A program made the translations under genes and the position numbers. DNA of 32,000 bases from Candidatus Saccharimonadota bacterium (GTDB lineage: Archaea > Nanobdellota > Nanobdellia > Pacearchaeales > GW2011-AR1), in contig BPGA01000001.1 in NCBI GenBank assembly GCA_026002795.1, forward strand, positions 390,001-422,000, in the 5' to 3' direction. A model generated the notes under the pieces. The model was not told where the DNA came from. It saw only the letters and a list, made by a program, of their open reading frames with translations, and did not search any database. Below are positions 18,302 through 26,665 of this stretch, one piece after another. Positions within the stretch are counted from its first letter, which is position 1, and each line of letters begins with the position of its first letter.

Positions 18302-18536
18302 CAAAGCAAAAATAAAATTATACTTATAAATTTTTTTAATAAACTTAAATAAGCACTTTTTTATAAAGCCTCATGTCTTTTCAGTTATATCAAACTTTTA
18401 TTTGTTCAAGTATTAATTCACTAAAAATTTTTTCCTAAATTAAATTATGTTTAGGTTTTTTTGAATTTAAAGAAAAATTAGTGATAAAAAATTCGAGAAA
18501 AATAAAATAAGGATCTTCTTATAAAATAAAGATTAA

Positions 18537-18776
18537 TCAAGATTTGTTTTCTTCTTTTTTTTCTGCTTCGGGATTTTTAGTTCCACACTCATGACAGAAT
18601 TTTTGTTCTTTTTTAAGTTCAATTCCACAGCCAGAACATTTTACTGTTAGAGGTTTAACCTGAACAATTGTTTTGTAACCTGGTTTGCCAGAAACTAATT
18701 TTGAAAAAATATCAACAAATTCAGGAGACCTTTGTAATTCTTCTTGTATTTTTTGTCTCTCGTAAATTTCATCCAT
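18537..18776 (-). CDS. small zinc-ribbon protein, copy A
   Basis: 79 aa. CSGCG-x11-CHECG zinc ribbon preceded by a helical acidic N-terminus. 77 of 79 residues are identical to copy B. Confidence 0.6.
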   Translation of the reverse strand: MDEIYERQKIQEELQRSPEFVDIFSKLVSGKPGYKTIVQVKPLTVKCSGCGIELKKEQKFCHECGTKNPEAEKKEENKS

Positions 18777-18808
18777 ATATATTTAATATTTTATTTGAAT
18801 TTAAAATT
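18537..18808 (-). repeat. direct repeat, copy A (272 bp: zinc-ribbon gene plus 32 bp of upstream sequence)
   Basis: Aligned by eye to 19776-20047 with 8 mismatches and no indels. Confidence 0.85.
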
Positions 18809-18813
18809 ATCTC

Positions 18814-19455
18814 TTAAAAATATCTTTTTGTGAGAAATAATCCAACCAAACCAACAACAAAAAGAATTAATCCGAATACACCTTTTGTTGTTCCTGTTAA
18901 ATTTGCAATCACATTGCCTGTTGCAGTTAGAGAAGAAATGCTAAGGACAATTCCTGCAAGAGTAATGAAAATAAAAACACCAACTCTAGCTTCTAAACCC
19001 GATTCTTTTTGATCTCTTTTTTGTTTAGCATTTCTCTCTATGAAACTTTTAATTGGATAAAACTCCCTTCTAAGACGCTCCATTTCATATCTATCACCGT
19101 GTTTAGAAATCTCTTCAACATATCTTACTAATTTTGGTACAGCTTTATATCCTATACCAAGTTCCTCGTATATCCTAGCTCCACCCAAGGCGTAATCAAT
19201 ATCATAATGAGTTTTATCTTTAGGTGGTGTGAGTAATTGATAAGCAAGAGCACGGGCTTCTAATACCTCCATAGGTGAAAGTTTCTCTCCTTGACTCTTT
19301 TTCTCCCTAAGATACCTTAAGGTATTTTCCATTCTCCTTTGAAGTGTTGATTTTAAATCAGGAGAGTCACGATACAATTTATAACTTCTTCTCCCCTCTT
19401 TAAAATTAATTCTCCTTTCAATATCTTTTAATCTAGCTAAGTAATCATCACTCAT
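18814..19455 (-). CDS. hypothetical membrane-anchored protein (soluble Arg-rich N-domain plus 2 C-terminal TM helices)
   Basis: 213 aa with an ATG start. C-terminus is VGVFIFITLAGIVLSISSL-TATGNVIANLTGTTKG-VFGLILFVVGLVGLFL. No motif recognised in the N-domain. Confidence 0.6.
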   Translation of the reverse strand: MSDDYLARLKDIERRINFKEGRRSYKLYRDSPDLKSTLQRRMENTLRYLREKKSQGEKLSPMEVLEARALAYQLLTPPKDKTHYDIDYALGGARIYEELGIGYKAVPKLVRYVEEISKHGDRYEMERLRREFYPIKSFIERNAKQKRDQKESGLEARVGVFIFITLAGIVLSISSLTATGNVIANLTGTTKGVFGLILFVVGLVGLFLTKRYF

Positions 19456-19775
19456 TTTAATAATAATTATAGTATACTTTTATATTTTTAATCTTTTTGA
19501 TGATGTTATAAGATATAGCTAAAATTGAATTATTCCATTCTAAGAACCCTATAAATGTTTTTTAATACTTGACACTCTTACATATTTTATTCTGAAATCT
19601 ATAGATGTTTCATACACATTAAGACAATTTTCCAGCTAACACCTTTATTTCTTTCTAGATAGATAAAAAATTTAGGGATAATTCAAGAGGCTTTGTACTT
19701 ATAATTAGAAAAACTGCATGAGTTTCTTCTCAATTCCAATCTGAAGCCAAAATAAAATTTAGAAAACGCATGATT

Positions 19776-20015
19776 TTATGATTTGTTTTCTTCTTTTTTT
19801 TCTGCTTCGGGATTTTTAGTTCCACACTCATGACAGAATTTTTGTTCTTTTTTAAGTTCAATTCCGCAGCCAGAACATTTTACTGTTAGGGGTTTAACCT
19901 GAACAACTGTTTTGTAACCTGGTTTGCCAGAAACTAATCTTGAAAAAATATCAACAAATTCAGGAGATCTCTGTAATTCTTCTTGTATTTTTTGTCTCTC
20001 GTAAATTTCATCCAT
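19776..20015 (-). CDS. small zinc-ribbon protein, copy B
   Basis: 79 aa. Differs from copy A only by K26R and I36V, and uses TAA instead of TGA as its stop. Confidence 0.6.
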   Translation of the reverse strand: MDEIYERQKIQEELQRSPEFVDIFSRLVSGKPGYKTVVQVKPLTVKCSGCGIELKKEQKFCHECGTKNPEAEKKEENKS

Positions 20016-20047
20016 ATATATTTAATATTTTATTTGAATTTAAAAAA
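19776..20047 (-). repeat. direct repeat, copy B
   Basis: See copy A. Identity ends abruptly 32 bp upstream of the ATG. Confidence 0.85.
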
Positions 20048-20291
20048 TTTTTCTAAAATTTTTTAAAAAGATCTTTTAACCCTCTTGAATGAAAAAATTT
20101 AAATAAACAACTAAAGCTCATCTAAATCCTTTTTATTTTTTCTTTCTATGTTATTTTAAAAAATAAAAACAAAAATATAAGGAAAAATAAGAAACTTCGG
20201 TTTACTTTAAGTTATGTTGTCTATACCTAATTTTTACATTTAATCATGCCAAAAAGAAACATTTTATAAGAAAGATTTATTTTTAGTTATT

Positions 20292-20756
20292 ATGTCTTTA
20301 AAAAAGTATCAATCAAAAAGAAAATTTTTTGGTAAAAACAGAACAAATGAGCCAAAGCCAAAACTTGAAAAACAGAATAAAAAACAAAAAATTTTTGTTG
20401 TTCATAAACATCATGCAAGCCATCTTCATTGGGACTTAAGACTTGAAATGAATGGTGTTTTAAAAAGCTGGGCTGTTCCAAAAGAGCCACCATTGAAAAA
20501 AGGAATTAAAAGACTTGCAATTCAAGTTGAAGATCATCCTCTTGAGTATGCGAATTTTAAGGGCACAATTCCTGAAGGCCATTATGGTGCTGGAAAAGTT
20601 GAAATTTGGGATAAAGGAAATTATGAATTAAAAAATAAAGATGAAAAAAAGATAGAGTTCATTTTAAATGGAAAAAAACTTAAAGGAAATTTTGTTCTCG
20701 TGAAAACTAGTTATGGAAAAAAACCAGAGAAAAGCTGGTTATGGTTTAAAATCTAA
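20292..20756 (+). CDS. stand-alone DNA ligase D 3'-phosphoesterase (LigD-PE) domain protein
   Basis: 154 aa. FVVHKHHASHLHWDLRLEMNGVLKSWAVPKEPP...VEDHPLEY...GTIPEGHYGAG matches the LigD PE signature. Confidence 0.8.
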   Translation: MSLKKYQSKRKFFGKNRTNEPKPKLEKQNKKQKIFVVHKHHASHLHWDLRLEMNGVLKSWAVPKEPPLKKGIKRLAIQVEDHPLEYANFKGTIPEGHYGAGKVEIWDKGNYELKNKDEKKIEFILNGKKLKGNFVLVKTSYGKKPEKSWLWFKI

Positions 20757-20767
20757 AATATTTAATT

Positions 20768-21082
20768 TTAAGCTCTTTTAATTTTCCAACCTAAAAGAAA
20801 AAGAAAAATAAAAATTAATAACGCAACTAGAAAATCTAGAGTAAAGGAGTATCTTGGCAAAACAATTAAAAATTTCTCGAGAGAGAACCTAATTATTAAT
20901 CCACCTATAAAAATTAAAACAGGTTTATACGGGTTCTTTTTTATTTTTCCAGTATATAAATAAAAAATAAAACCAAAAACAAAAAAAATTCCAAACCAAA
21001 AACTTATCAAAAAAGCAAAAAAAATTAGAGAAAGAAAAAGAAATATAGAGATTAAAATGTTAAAATCTTCTCTTTTAATCAT
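20768..21082 (-). CDS. hypothetical polytopic membrane protein
   Basis: About 104 aa and very hydrophobic. The first ATG at 21082 lies 2 nt after the uS2 stop (the track start at 21088 is TTG). Probably co-transcribed with rps2. Confidence 0.45.
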   Translation of the reverse strand: MIKREDFNILISIFLFLSLIFFAFLISFWFGIFFVFGFIFYLYTGKIKKNPYKPVLIFIGGLIIRFSLEKFLIVLPRYSFTLDFLVALLIFIFLFLLGWKIKRA

Positions 21083-21084
21083 TC

Positions 21085-21915
21085 TCAAACTCCGAACTCT
21101 GCTTTTGTTTTTGAGATAGTTGGTTTAATTTTTTTTAATGCTTCTTCTTGCATCTCTCCAGTCCACCAGCTTAATTCAGGTATATCTTTTTTAATTCCGC
21201 GAATTTTACAATATTCTCTAGCTAAAATGTAGAAAATAAGTCCTAGACTTCTTTCGCTTTTATTGTTTCCTATTATTATTTGATTTGCTTGTCTTGAAAA
21301 ATTATTTGTGTCACAGATCATAAGAATCTTTTTTTTAACTTTTAGAGTGTCGTTAAGAGCATTTTTATCAAGCCAATGATCTGTTATTATTGTTAATTCA
21401 TTTTCAAAAAAATTTGGAAGTTGTTTATTTGTTAAAATTCCTGCAGGATATTTCTTTGTAAAAACCCTTATTCCTGTAATTTCTCCAAATTTTTCAGCAA
21501 CTCGCCAACCAGCTTGCCTTTTACAAACTAAAATTATTTCTTCTGGAGCGAATTGAGCAAGAAATTTTGATGCCTCTCTTAATTTTTCATCTATTAAATC
21601 TGTATTGAAAATAGCAAGACCATCAGCCCTTCTTCTATAAACAAAAGGCCTCATGTCAGGCGTTACAACCCTTGTTCCTATGTATATACCAGACTTAACA
21701 TACTCTTCAAGAGGAACAAGCATTTCTTCTCTTTTTTTTAACTTAACTTTTTCTTTAAGCTCCTCTGTTGTTACTTCTTCTATTTTTTCTTTCAGTTTTT
21801 TTACTTTTTCTAAGAGCTTTTTCTTTTTTTCTTCTAGAGTTTTTTCTTCAGAAATAGATTCTAACTCTGCTTTTTTTTCAACTTCTTCTGATTTCTTTTC
21901 TTTTTTTAATGCCAT
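21085..21915 (-). CDS. rps2: ribosomal protein uS2 with a ~64-aa Lys/Glu-rich N-terminal extension
   Basis: The core, from M65 onward (LVPLEEYVKSGIYIGTRVV...YRRRADGLAIFN...ILVCKRQ...ITDHWLDKNA), matches archaeal uS2. The frame stays open to the ATG at 21915. Confidence 0.9.
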   Translation of the reverse strand: MALKKEKKSEEVEKKAELESISEEKTLEEKKKKLLEKVKKLKEKIEEVTTEELKEKVKLKKREEMLVPLEEYVKSGIYIGTRVVTPDMRPFVYRRRADGLAIFNTDLIDEKLREASKFLAQFAPEEIILVCKRQAGWRVAEKFGEITGIRVFTKKYPAGILTNKQLPNFFENELTIITDHWLDKNALNDTLKVKKKILMICDTNNFSRQANQIIIGNNKSERSLGLIFYILAREYCKIRGIKKDIPELSWWTGEMQEEALKKIKPTISKTKAEFGV

Positions 21916-21963
21916 TAATTTTGAGAGAAAAATATCTTTTTAAAGGTTTCCAGAAATACTAAT

Positions 21964-23145
21964 TTACCTCTTTAGTTTTTTCTCAATTTCAATCAACCTT
22001 TTTATTTTAACTTCCCTTTCTTTTCCACTAATTCCAGATTTTAAAAAATCAGCCTGAAATCCAAAAGCTAAGTCAGCAAGTATTGTTTCTTCAGTTTCAC
22101 CAGATCTATGGGAAAAAATAATTTTTATGTTGTTCTTTTTTGCTAAATCACAAACTTCTTTGACTTTAGAAAGAAATCCGTTTTGATTTGGTTTAATGAT
22201 TATTGCGTTAATGCTTTTCATCTCTAAAGCTTTTTTTAATCTGTTTAAATTTGTTACAGTTAAATCATCTCCGACAATTAATCTGTTTGGGTACTTTTTT
22301 AGAAGTCTAGAAAAGCTTACAAAATCATTTTCATCGAAAGGATCTTCTATATAAAAGATAGGATAATTCCTTAAAAGATTTGAAATGTAATTAAATTGTT
22401 CTTCTTTATCTCTATTAATTGAAGGATTTAAATAATGGTATTTTTTTCTTTTATAAAAAGTTGAGGCAGCACAATCTATTCCTAAGTCAATTTTAAAATT
22501 ATTTACAATTTCCTTTAAAATATCAAGAACAGATTTATCATTTAAAGAGGTCATCCAAGCGTTTTCATCATTCTTTTTTCCAGAAAAATTTCTGTCGATT
22601 TTTTTTAAATTATCATAAAGTAAAGATTTTATTTTTTTGTTTTGTTTTTGAGATTCAAAAATAGAATTCTCTTTTGGAATTAAAAGAAATTCTTGAAAGT
22701 CAGGTTTTTTTCCTTTAGAATGTTTTCCTCCACCAATGCAATTACCAACTAGTCTAGGAAATTTTAAATTTTTATTTTTATAGTTTTCATTTATTAATTG
22801 CCATATCTCTTCTTTTTTTTCTTTTGCAAGAGCTTTTAATGTTGCAGACTCTAGAGCAAAAATAGTGTTAGCACCAAGATGTCCGTCTACTATATCTTCA
22901 ATTCTTCTTAAATCATCGAAACAATCAATACTTTCATCAGAGAAATAATCTTTAAATTTTTTTATTGTAAAAATGTCATAATCTAAATCTTTTTTGTAAG
23001 GAAGAGCTTCATACTTACCTTTAGATTTTCCGTTTGGAGAGCTAGCTGAAAAAACTCCAACATTTGTTTTTATTGTGATAAGAATTGTTTTTTCTTTTCT
23101 AGAATCAAAAATTTTTTTAGCATTAACAGATTTTATAAAAACCAT
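21964..23145 (-). CDS. eno: enolase (short, divergent)
   Basis: 393 aa. YIEDPFDENDF, VGDDLTVTN, IIKPNQNG and SHRSGETEE are all present. eno-rps2 adjacency is conserved in archaea. Confidence 0.9.
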   Translation of the reverse strand: MVFIKSVNAKKIFDSRKEKTILITIKTNVGVFSASSPNGKSKGKYEALPYKKDLDYDIFTIKKFKDYFSDESIDCFDDLRRIEDIVDGHLGANTIFALESATLKALAKEKKEEIWQLINENYKNKNLKFPRLVGNCIGGGKHSKGKKPDFQEFLLIPKENSIFESQKQNKKIKSLLYDNLKKIDRNFSGKKNDENAWMTSLNDKSVLDILKEIVNNFKIDLGIDCAASTFYKRKKYHYLNPSINRDKEEQFNYISNLLRNYPIFYIEDPFDENDFVSFSRLLKKYPNRLIVGDDLTVTNLNRLKKALEMKSINAIIIKPNQNGFLSKVKEVCDLAKKNNIKIIFSHRSGETEETILADLAFGFQADFLKSGISGKEREVKIKRLIEIEKKLKR

Positions 23146-23179
23146 TAATCAAAAAAATTATAGCAATATATAAATTTTG

Positions 23180-23467
23180 TTAGGTTATTTTTTCTTTTAT
23201 TTTTTTTAAAGTCCCAGAAACTTTTTCTATTTTTATTTCATCTGGCCAGACAGCAAAACTTGCTCTAACATAATTTAAAGATTCTCTATTTACAGACAAA
23301 ATTCCAAAATTTTTTTCTTTTTTTATCCAAATAGGCCTAGCTTTTGAAAGACCCAATAAACCTATAAAACTTAAAATAGCATCTTCTACATTATCTATTT
23401 TTCCTTTTATAAGAAGATATCTTTTTTTTTCTTTCATTGTTGGCTTTAAACTTTTTGGAAAGCTCAT
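23180..23467 (-). CDS. rnp2: RNase P protein subunit Pop5 (Rnp2)
   Basis: 95 aa. LKPTMKEKKRYLLIK...GLLGLSKARPIWIK...GILSVNRESL...VSGTLKKIKEK parallels Pyrococcus Pop5 (PPTLRDKKRYIAF...GVSGTIKR) by recall. Confidence 0.8.
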   Translation of the reverse strand: MSFPKSLKPTMKEKKRYLLIKGKIDNVEDAILSFIGLLGLSKARPIWIKKEKNFGILSVNRESLNYVRASFAVWPDEIKIEKVSGTLKKIKEKIT

Positions 23468-23492
23468 AAATATTAAAGAAGAAAAGATAATA

Positions 23493-23672
23493 TTAATCTT
23501 TTGTTTTTATATAAATTTCGTACTTGTACTCTCCAACACTATCTGTTTTTTCTATATAAACAACTAAAGATTCTACACCAGTTTCAGAAAAAACATCAAC
23601 AAGTTCATAACAAATATAAAAAAGCTGTTTTTTTCCAGAAGAAAATTCCTTTAATTTATTCTCTAAAATCAT
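23493..23672 (-). CDS. possible unannotated 59-aa protein
   Basis: ATG at 23672, TAA at 23495-23493. Translation: MILENKLKEFSSGKKQLFYICYELVDVFSETGVESLVVYIEKTDSVGEYKYEIYIKTKD. Co-oriented with its neighbours and just below the 60-aa cut-off of the ORF track. Confidence 0.25.
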   Translation of the reverse strand: MILENKLKEFSSGKKQLFYICYELVDVFSETGVESLVVYIEKTDSVGEYKYEIYIKTKD

Positions 23673-23742
23673 ATAGAAATCTTGAAATATTACTCTTAAA
23701 ATATTTATTAATGTCTAAAATAATAATTAAACTAAATAATAA

Positions 23743-24756
23743 TTAAACTTTATACTTTAATATAAAATCAACTTTGCCAATTATATCCTTCATTTCCTTA
23801 GCACCAACATAAGTCATTCCAGAAGCTAAACCAGCAAGATATTTTTCTATTATTGGCTTTATAGGACCTTTATAAGGAACCATTATTTTTTTTCCCTCGA
23901 CAAATTTTACTTCTTTTTTAATTTCTTCTTTATTTAGCTCTAGCTGTTTAGATTTTAAAGATACATCATAGCTTGCAGAACCTCGGTATATTTTGAATTT
24001 TTTTCCATTGATAATTTTTATTTTTCCAGGAGTCTCTTCTGTTCCAGCAAAAATATAACCACACATTACACTACTAGCTCCAGCACCTATTGCTTTTACT
24101 ACATCAGCTGGTTTTTTTATACCACCATCAGCACAAATAGGAATTTCTTCCTTGACCGATTCATAAACATTCATTATTGCTGTAAGTTGAGGAACTCCAA
24201 CTCCTGTCATCATTCTGGTTGTGCACACACTACCTGGCCCTATGCCAATTTTTAATGCGTCAGCTCCTTTTGATAAAAAATATTTTGCCGCATCTTTTGT
24301 TGCAATATTTCCAGCCATAACATCAACATCCGGGTACTCTTTTTTTAGGTATTCAAGAGTTTTTCCGGCAGATTCTGAATGTCCGTGAGCAATGTCAATT
24401 ACAATTATATCAACACCAGCTTCAACTAATGCTTTAGCTCTTTTTTCTACATCCTTAACACCTATGGCAGCTGCACAAATTAATCCTTTTTCTTTTACTG
24501 ATTTTACATGATTTGCTTGTTCCTCTACACTCATAAATCTATGTATTACGCCAAGCCCTCCTAATTTTCCAATTTCAATAGCCATCTTACTTTCACAAAT
24601 AGTATCCATGTTTGCAGCCAAAAAAGGAATATCAATATAATGATTTCTTGTTACTTTTGTTTTAAAACTAACATCTTCTCTTGATTTTACTTTATTATAT
24701 TTAGGGATAATTAAAACATCATCAAAATTTACACCTTTTCCAATTATTTCTGCCAT
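23743..24756 (-). CDS. IMP dehydrogenase / GMP reductase family protein without a CBS subdomain
   Basis: 337 aa. Catalytic loop GIGPGSVCTTR, plus AANMDT and CADGGI. The length and absent Bateman domain fit a GMP-reductase-like or short IMPDH protein. Confidence 0.85.
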   Translation of the reverse strand: MAEIIGKGVNFDDVLIIPKYNKVKSREDVSFKTKVTRNHYIDIPFLAANMDTICESKMAIEIGKLGGLGVIHRFMSVEEQANHVKSVKEKGLICAAAIGVKDVEKRAKALVEAGVDIIVIDIAHGHSESAGKTLEYLKKEYPDVDVMAGNIATKDAAKYFLSKGADALKIGIGPGSVCTTRMMTGVGVPQLTAIMNVYESVKEEIPICADGGIKKPADVVKAIGAGASSVMCGYIFAGTEETPGKIKIINGKKFKIYRGSASYDVSLKSKQLELNKEEIKKEVKFVEGKKIMVPYKGPIKPIIEKYLAGLASGMTYVGAKEMKDIIGKVDFILKYKV

Positions 24757-24935
24757 TAAATTATCTAACCTCTTTTTTATACTTGAATTTAAAAACCAGA
24801 CTAATCAAATAATAAGTATTTTTTAAAATTTTTTATACTAATTTTTATAATATGTTTTGAAAATGTTTAAAGGAGATTAAATCATTTACCTTTATAAAGC
24901 ATATTTTCTTTTTATTTTTTGTTTGGGGGTTTATT

Positions 24936-26279
24936 ATGGAAATATGTACTGTTGGCGGATATGAGCAAGTTGGAAAAAACATGACAGCTGTAAAAATAGG
25001 AGAAGATGTTTTTATTTTTGATGCTGGTCTTTATTTGCCCGCTATAGTTGAAATTCAAGAACAAGAAAAAAACATAAAATTTACAGAAAAAGATTTAAGA
25101 AGAATTGGAGCAATTCCCGATGATTTAATTTTAGATAAATTAGGATGGAGAGAAAAAGTTAGAGCAATAATTATCGGTCACGCTCATCTTGATCATGTTG
25201 GAGCTCTTCCTTTTATTGCTTATAGGTATCCTAATGCAATTATAATGGCAACACCATTTACCATGCATGTTTTTGATTCTTTAACTAAAGATGAAAACAT
25301 TACAATAAAAAATCCTAAAAAAATTATTATGCCAGATTCTGTACATTATATAAAAGGAAAATCTTCTAATTATAAAATAGAATTTATACATACGACACAC
25401 TCAACTCTTCAGTGCGTTTTTGCAGCTTTACATACAAATGAAGGAATATTTTTTTATGCTTTAGATTTTAAATTTGATAATTTTCCAGTTATAGGAGATC
25501 CTCCAAGATATAAAAAATTAGGAGAACTTGGAAGAAAAGGCATTAAGGCTCTTGTTATAGATGCTCTGTATTCAGGAACACATAGAAAAACACCAAGCGA
25601 GAGGATTGCTCGTTATTTAGTAGAAGAAACTTTTAATTCAATAAAGAATACAAATGGTTTAATCATTGCTACAACTTTTTCTTCACATATTGCAAGATTG
25701 AAAAGCATAGTTGATTTTGGTAAAAGATTAAATAGAAAGATTATTTTTGTTGGAAGAAGTCTTGAAAAATATGTAAGTGCCGCAATAAAAACTAATCTTT
25801 GCCCTTTTAAAAAAGATATAAAGATGATTAAATTTAGAAAACAAGTAAATTCTTTTCTTTCAAAAATAGAGAGAAATAGAAGAGAATACCTTGTTGTTTG
25901 TACAGGCCATCAAGGAGAACCTGGATCTGTTCTCGATAGAATTTCAAGAGACGAGACTCCGCTAAAACTTAGAGAAGGAGATCATGTTGTTTTTTGCTCA
26001 AGTGTAATTCCAGACCCAGTAAATATAAATGCAAGAGACAAGCTTGATAAAAGATTGAGAAAAAAAGGAGTTAGACTTCATACAGATATTCATGTTTCTG
26101 GACACGGTAGTAGAGAAGACATGAGAGATTTAATAAAAATATTAAAACCAAAACACGTTATTCCAGCTCACGGTTCTTTGCAACAAGAAGCTCCTTTAAT
26201 TGAATTGGCATCAGAACTAGGTTATAAATTTGGAGAGACATCACATCTATCTTCAAATGGAAAAGTTTTGAAAATTTAA
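24936..26279 (+). CDS. rnj: archaeal RNase J (metallo-beta-lactamase / beta-CASP ribonuclease)
   Basis: 447 aa. GHAHLDHVG (HxHxDH), the beta-CASP region, and C-terminal [10 protein letters not shown]...PAHG. The length is typical of aRNase J. Confidence 0.85.
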   Translation: MEICTVGGYEQVGKNMTAVKIGEDVFIFDAGLYLPAIVEIQEQEKNIKFTEKDLRRIGAIPDDLILDKLGWREKVRAIIIGHAHLDHVGALPFIAYRYPNAIIMATPFTMHVFDSLTKDENITIKNPKKIIMPDSVHYIKGKSSNYKIEFIHTTHSTLQCVFAALHTNEGIFFYALDFKFDNFPVIGDPPRYKKLGELGRKGIKALVIDALYSGTHRKTPSERIARYLVEETFNSIKNTNGLIIATTFSSHIARLKSIVDFGKRLNRKIIFVGRSLEKYVSAAIKTNLCPFKKDIKMIKFRKQVNSFLSKIERNRREYLVVCTGHQGEPGSVLDRISRDETPLKLREGDHVVFCSSVIPDPVNINARDKLDKRLRKKGVRLHTDIHVSGHGSREDMRDLIKILKPKHVIPAHGSLQQEAPLIELASELGYKFGETSHLSSNGKVLKI

Positions 26280-26665
26280 ATTTCTTCTTCAGTTTCTTCT
26301 TCAGCTAACTCTTCTAATTCATCTTCTTCATTAACAAGGCTCATTATTTCTCCTTCTTTTGCAATCTCTTTTTCTTCTTCAGCTTCTTTTTCTACAATCT
26401 CTTCCTCTTTTACTTTTTGTTCTTTTACTCTTTTCAACTTTTCTTCTTTTTTTTCAGGAAAAGGCCTTTTTACAGAAATTGGTAAAACTCCAGATTCAAA
26501 TTCTATTTCTGCAATTTTTAAAGAATCATATCTTATTTTTTCAAGATCTTCTTTTGTGAGTTTAACAAGGATTGGAGCATTCATTGCAATTTGTAAAGCC
26601 CTAGCTCCAATTATTCTTGCTACTTCATATTTAGTAAATTCTTCTTTTAATTTTTTGCGATCCAT
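26276..26665 (-). CDS. rpoK: RNA polymerase subunit Rpo6/RpoK with a ~60-aa acidic C-terminal tail
   Basis: [25 protein letters not shown]...[22 protein letters not shown] matches Rpb6/RpoK. The tail is Glu/Lys-rich and ends in [17 protein letters not shown]. Confidence 0.85.
   Translation of the reverse strand: MDRKKLKEEFTKYEVARIIGARALQIAMNAPILVKLTKEDLEKIRYDSLKIAEIEFESGVLPISVKRPFPEKKEEKLKRVKEQKVKEEEIVEKEAEEEKEIAKEGEIMSLVNEEDELEELAEEETEEEI

Noticed and set aside
18830-19012. A 60-aa plus-strand ORF inside the 213-aa gene, and a 67-aa minus-strand ORF (20290-20493) opposite LigD-PE.
   Set aside because: Both are antisense to longer, better-supported ORFs.
21653-21943. A 96-aa plus-strand Ser/Phe-rich ORF.
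   Set aside because: It is antisense to the KE-rich N-terminal extension of uS2. This is the same mirror-ORF artefact.
23501-23746. An 81-aa plus-strand ORF in the pop5-IMPDH gap.
   Set aside because: It has a low-complexity Leu/Lys/Phe/Gln-rich translation, opposes the local gene orientation, and runs into the IMPDH stop. The minus-strand 59-aa ORF is the more plausible reading, though still weak.
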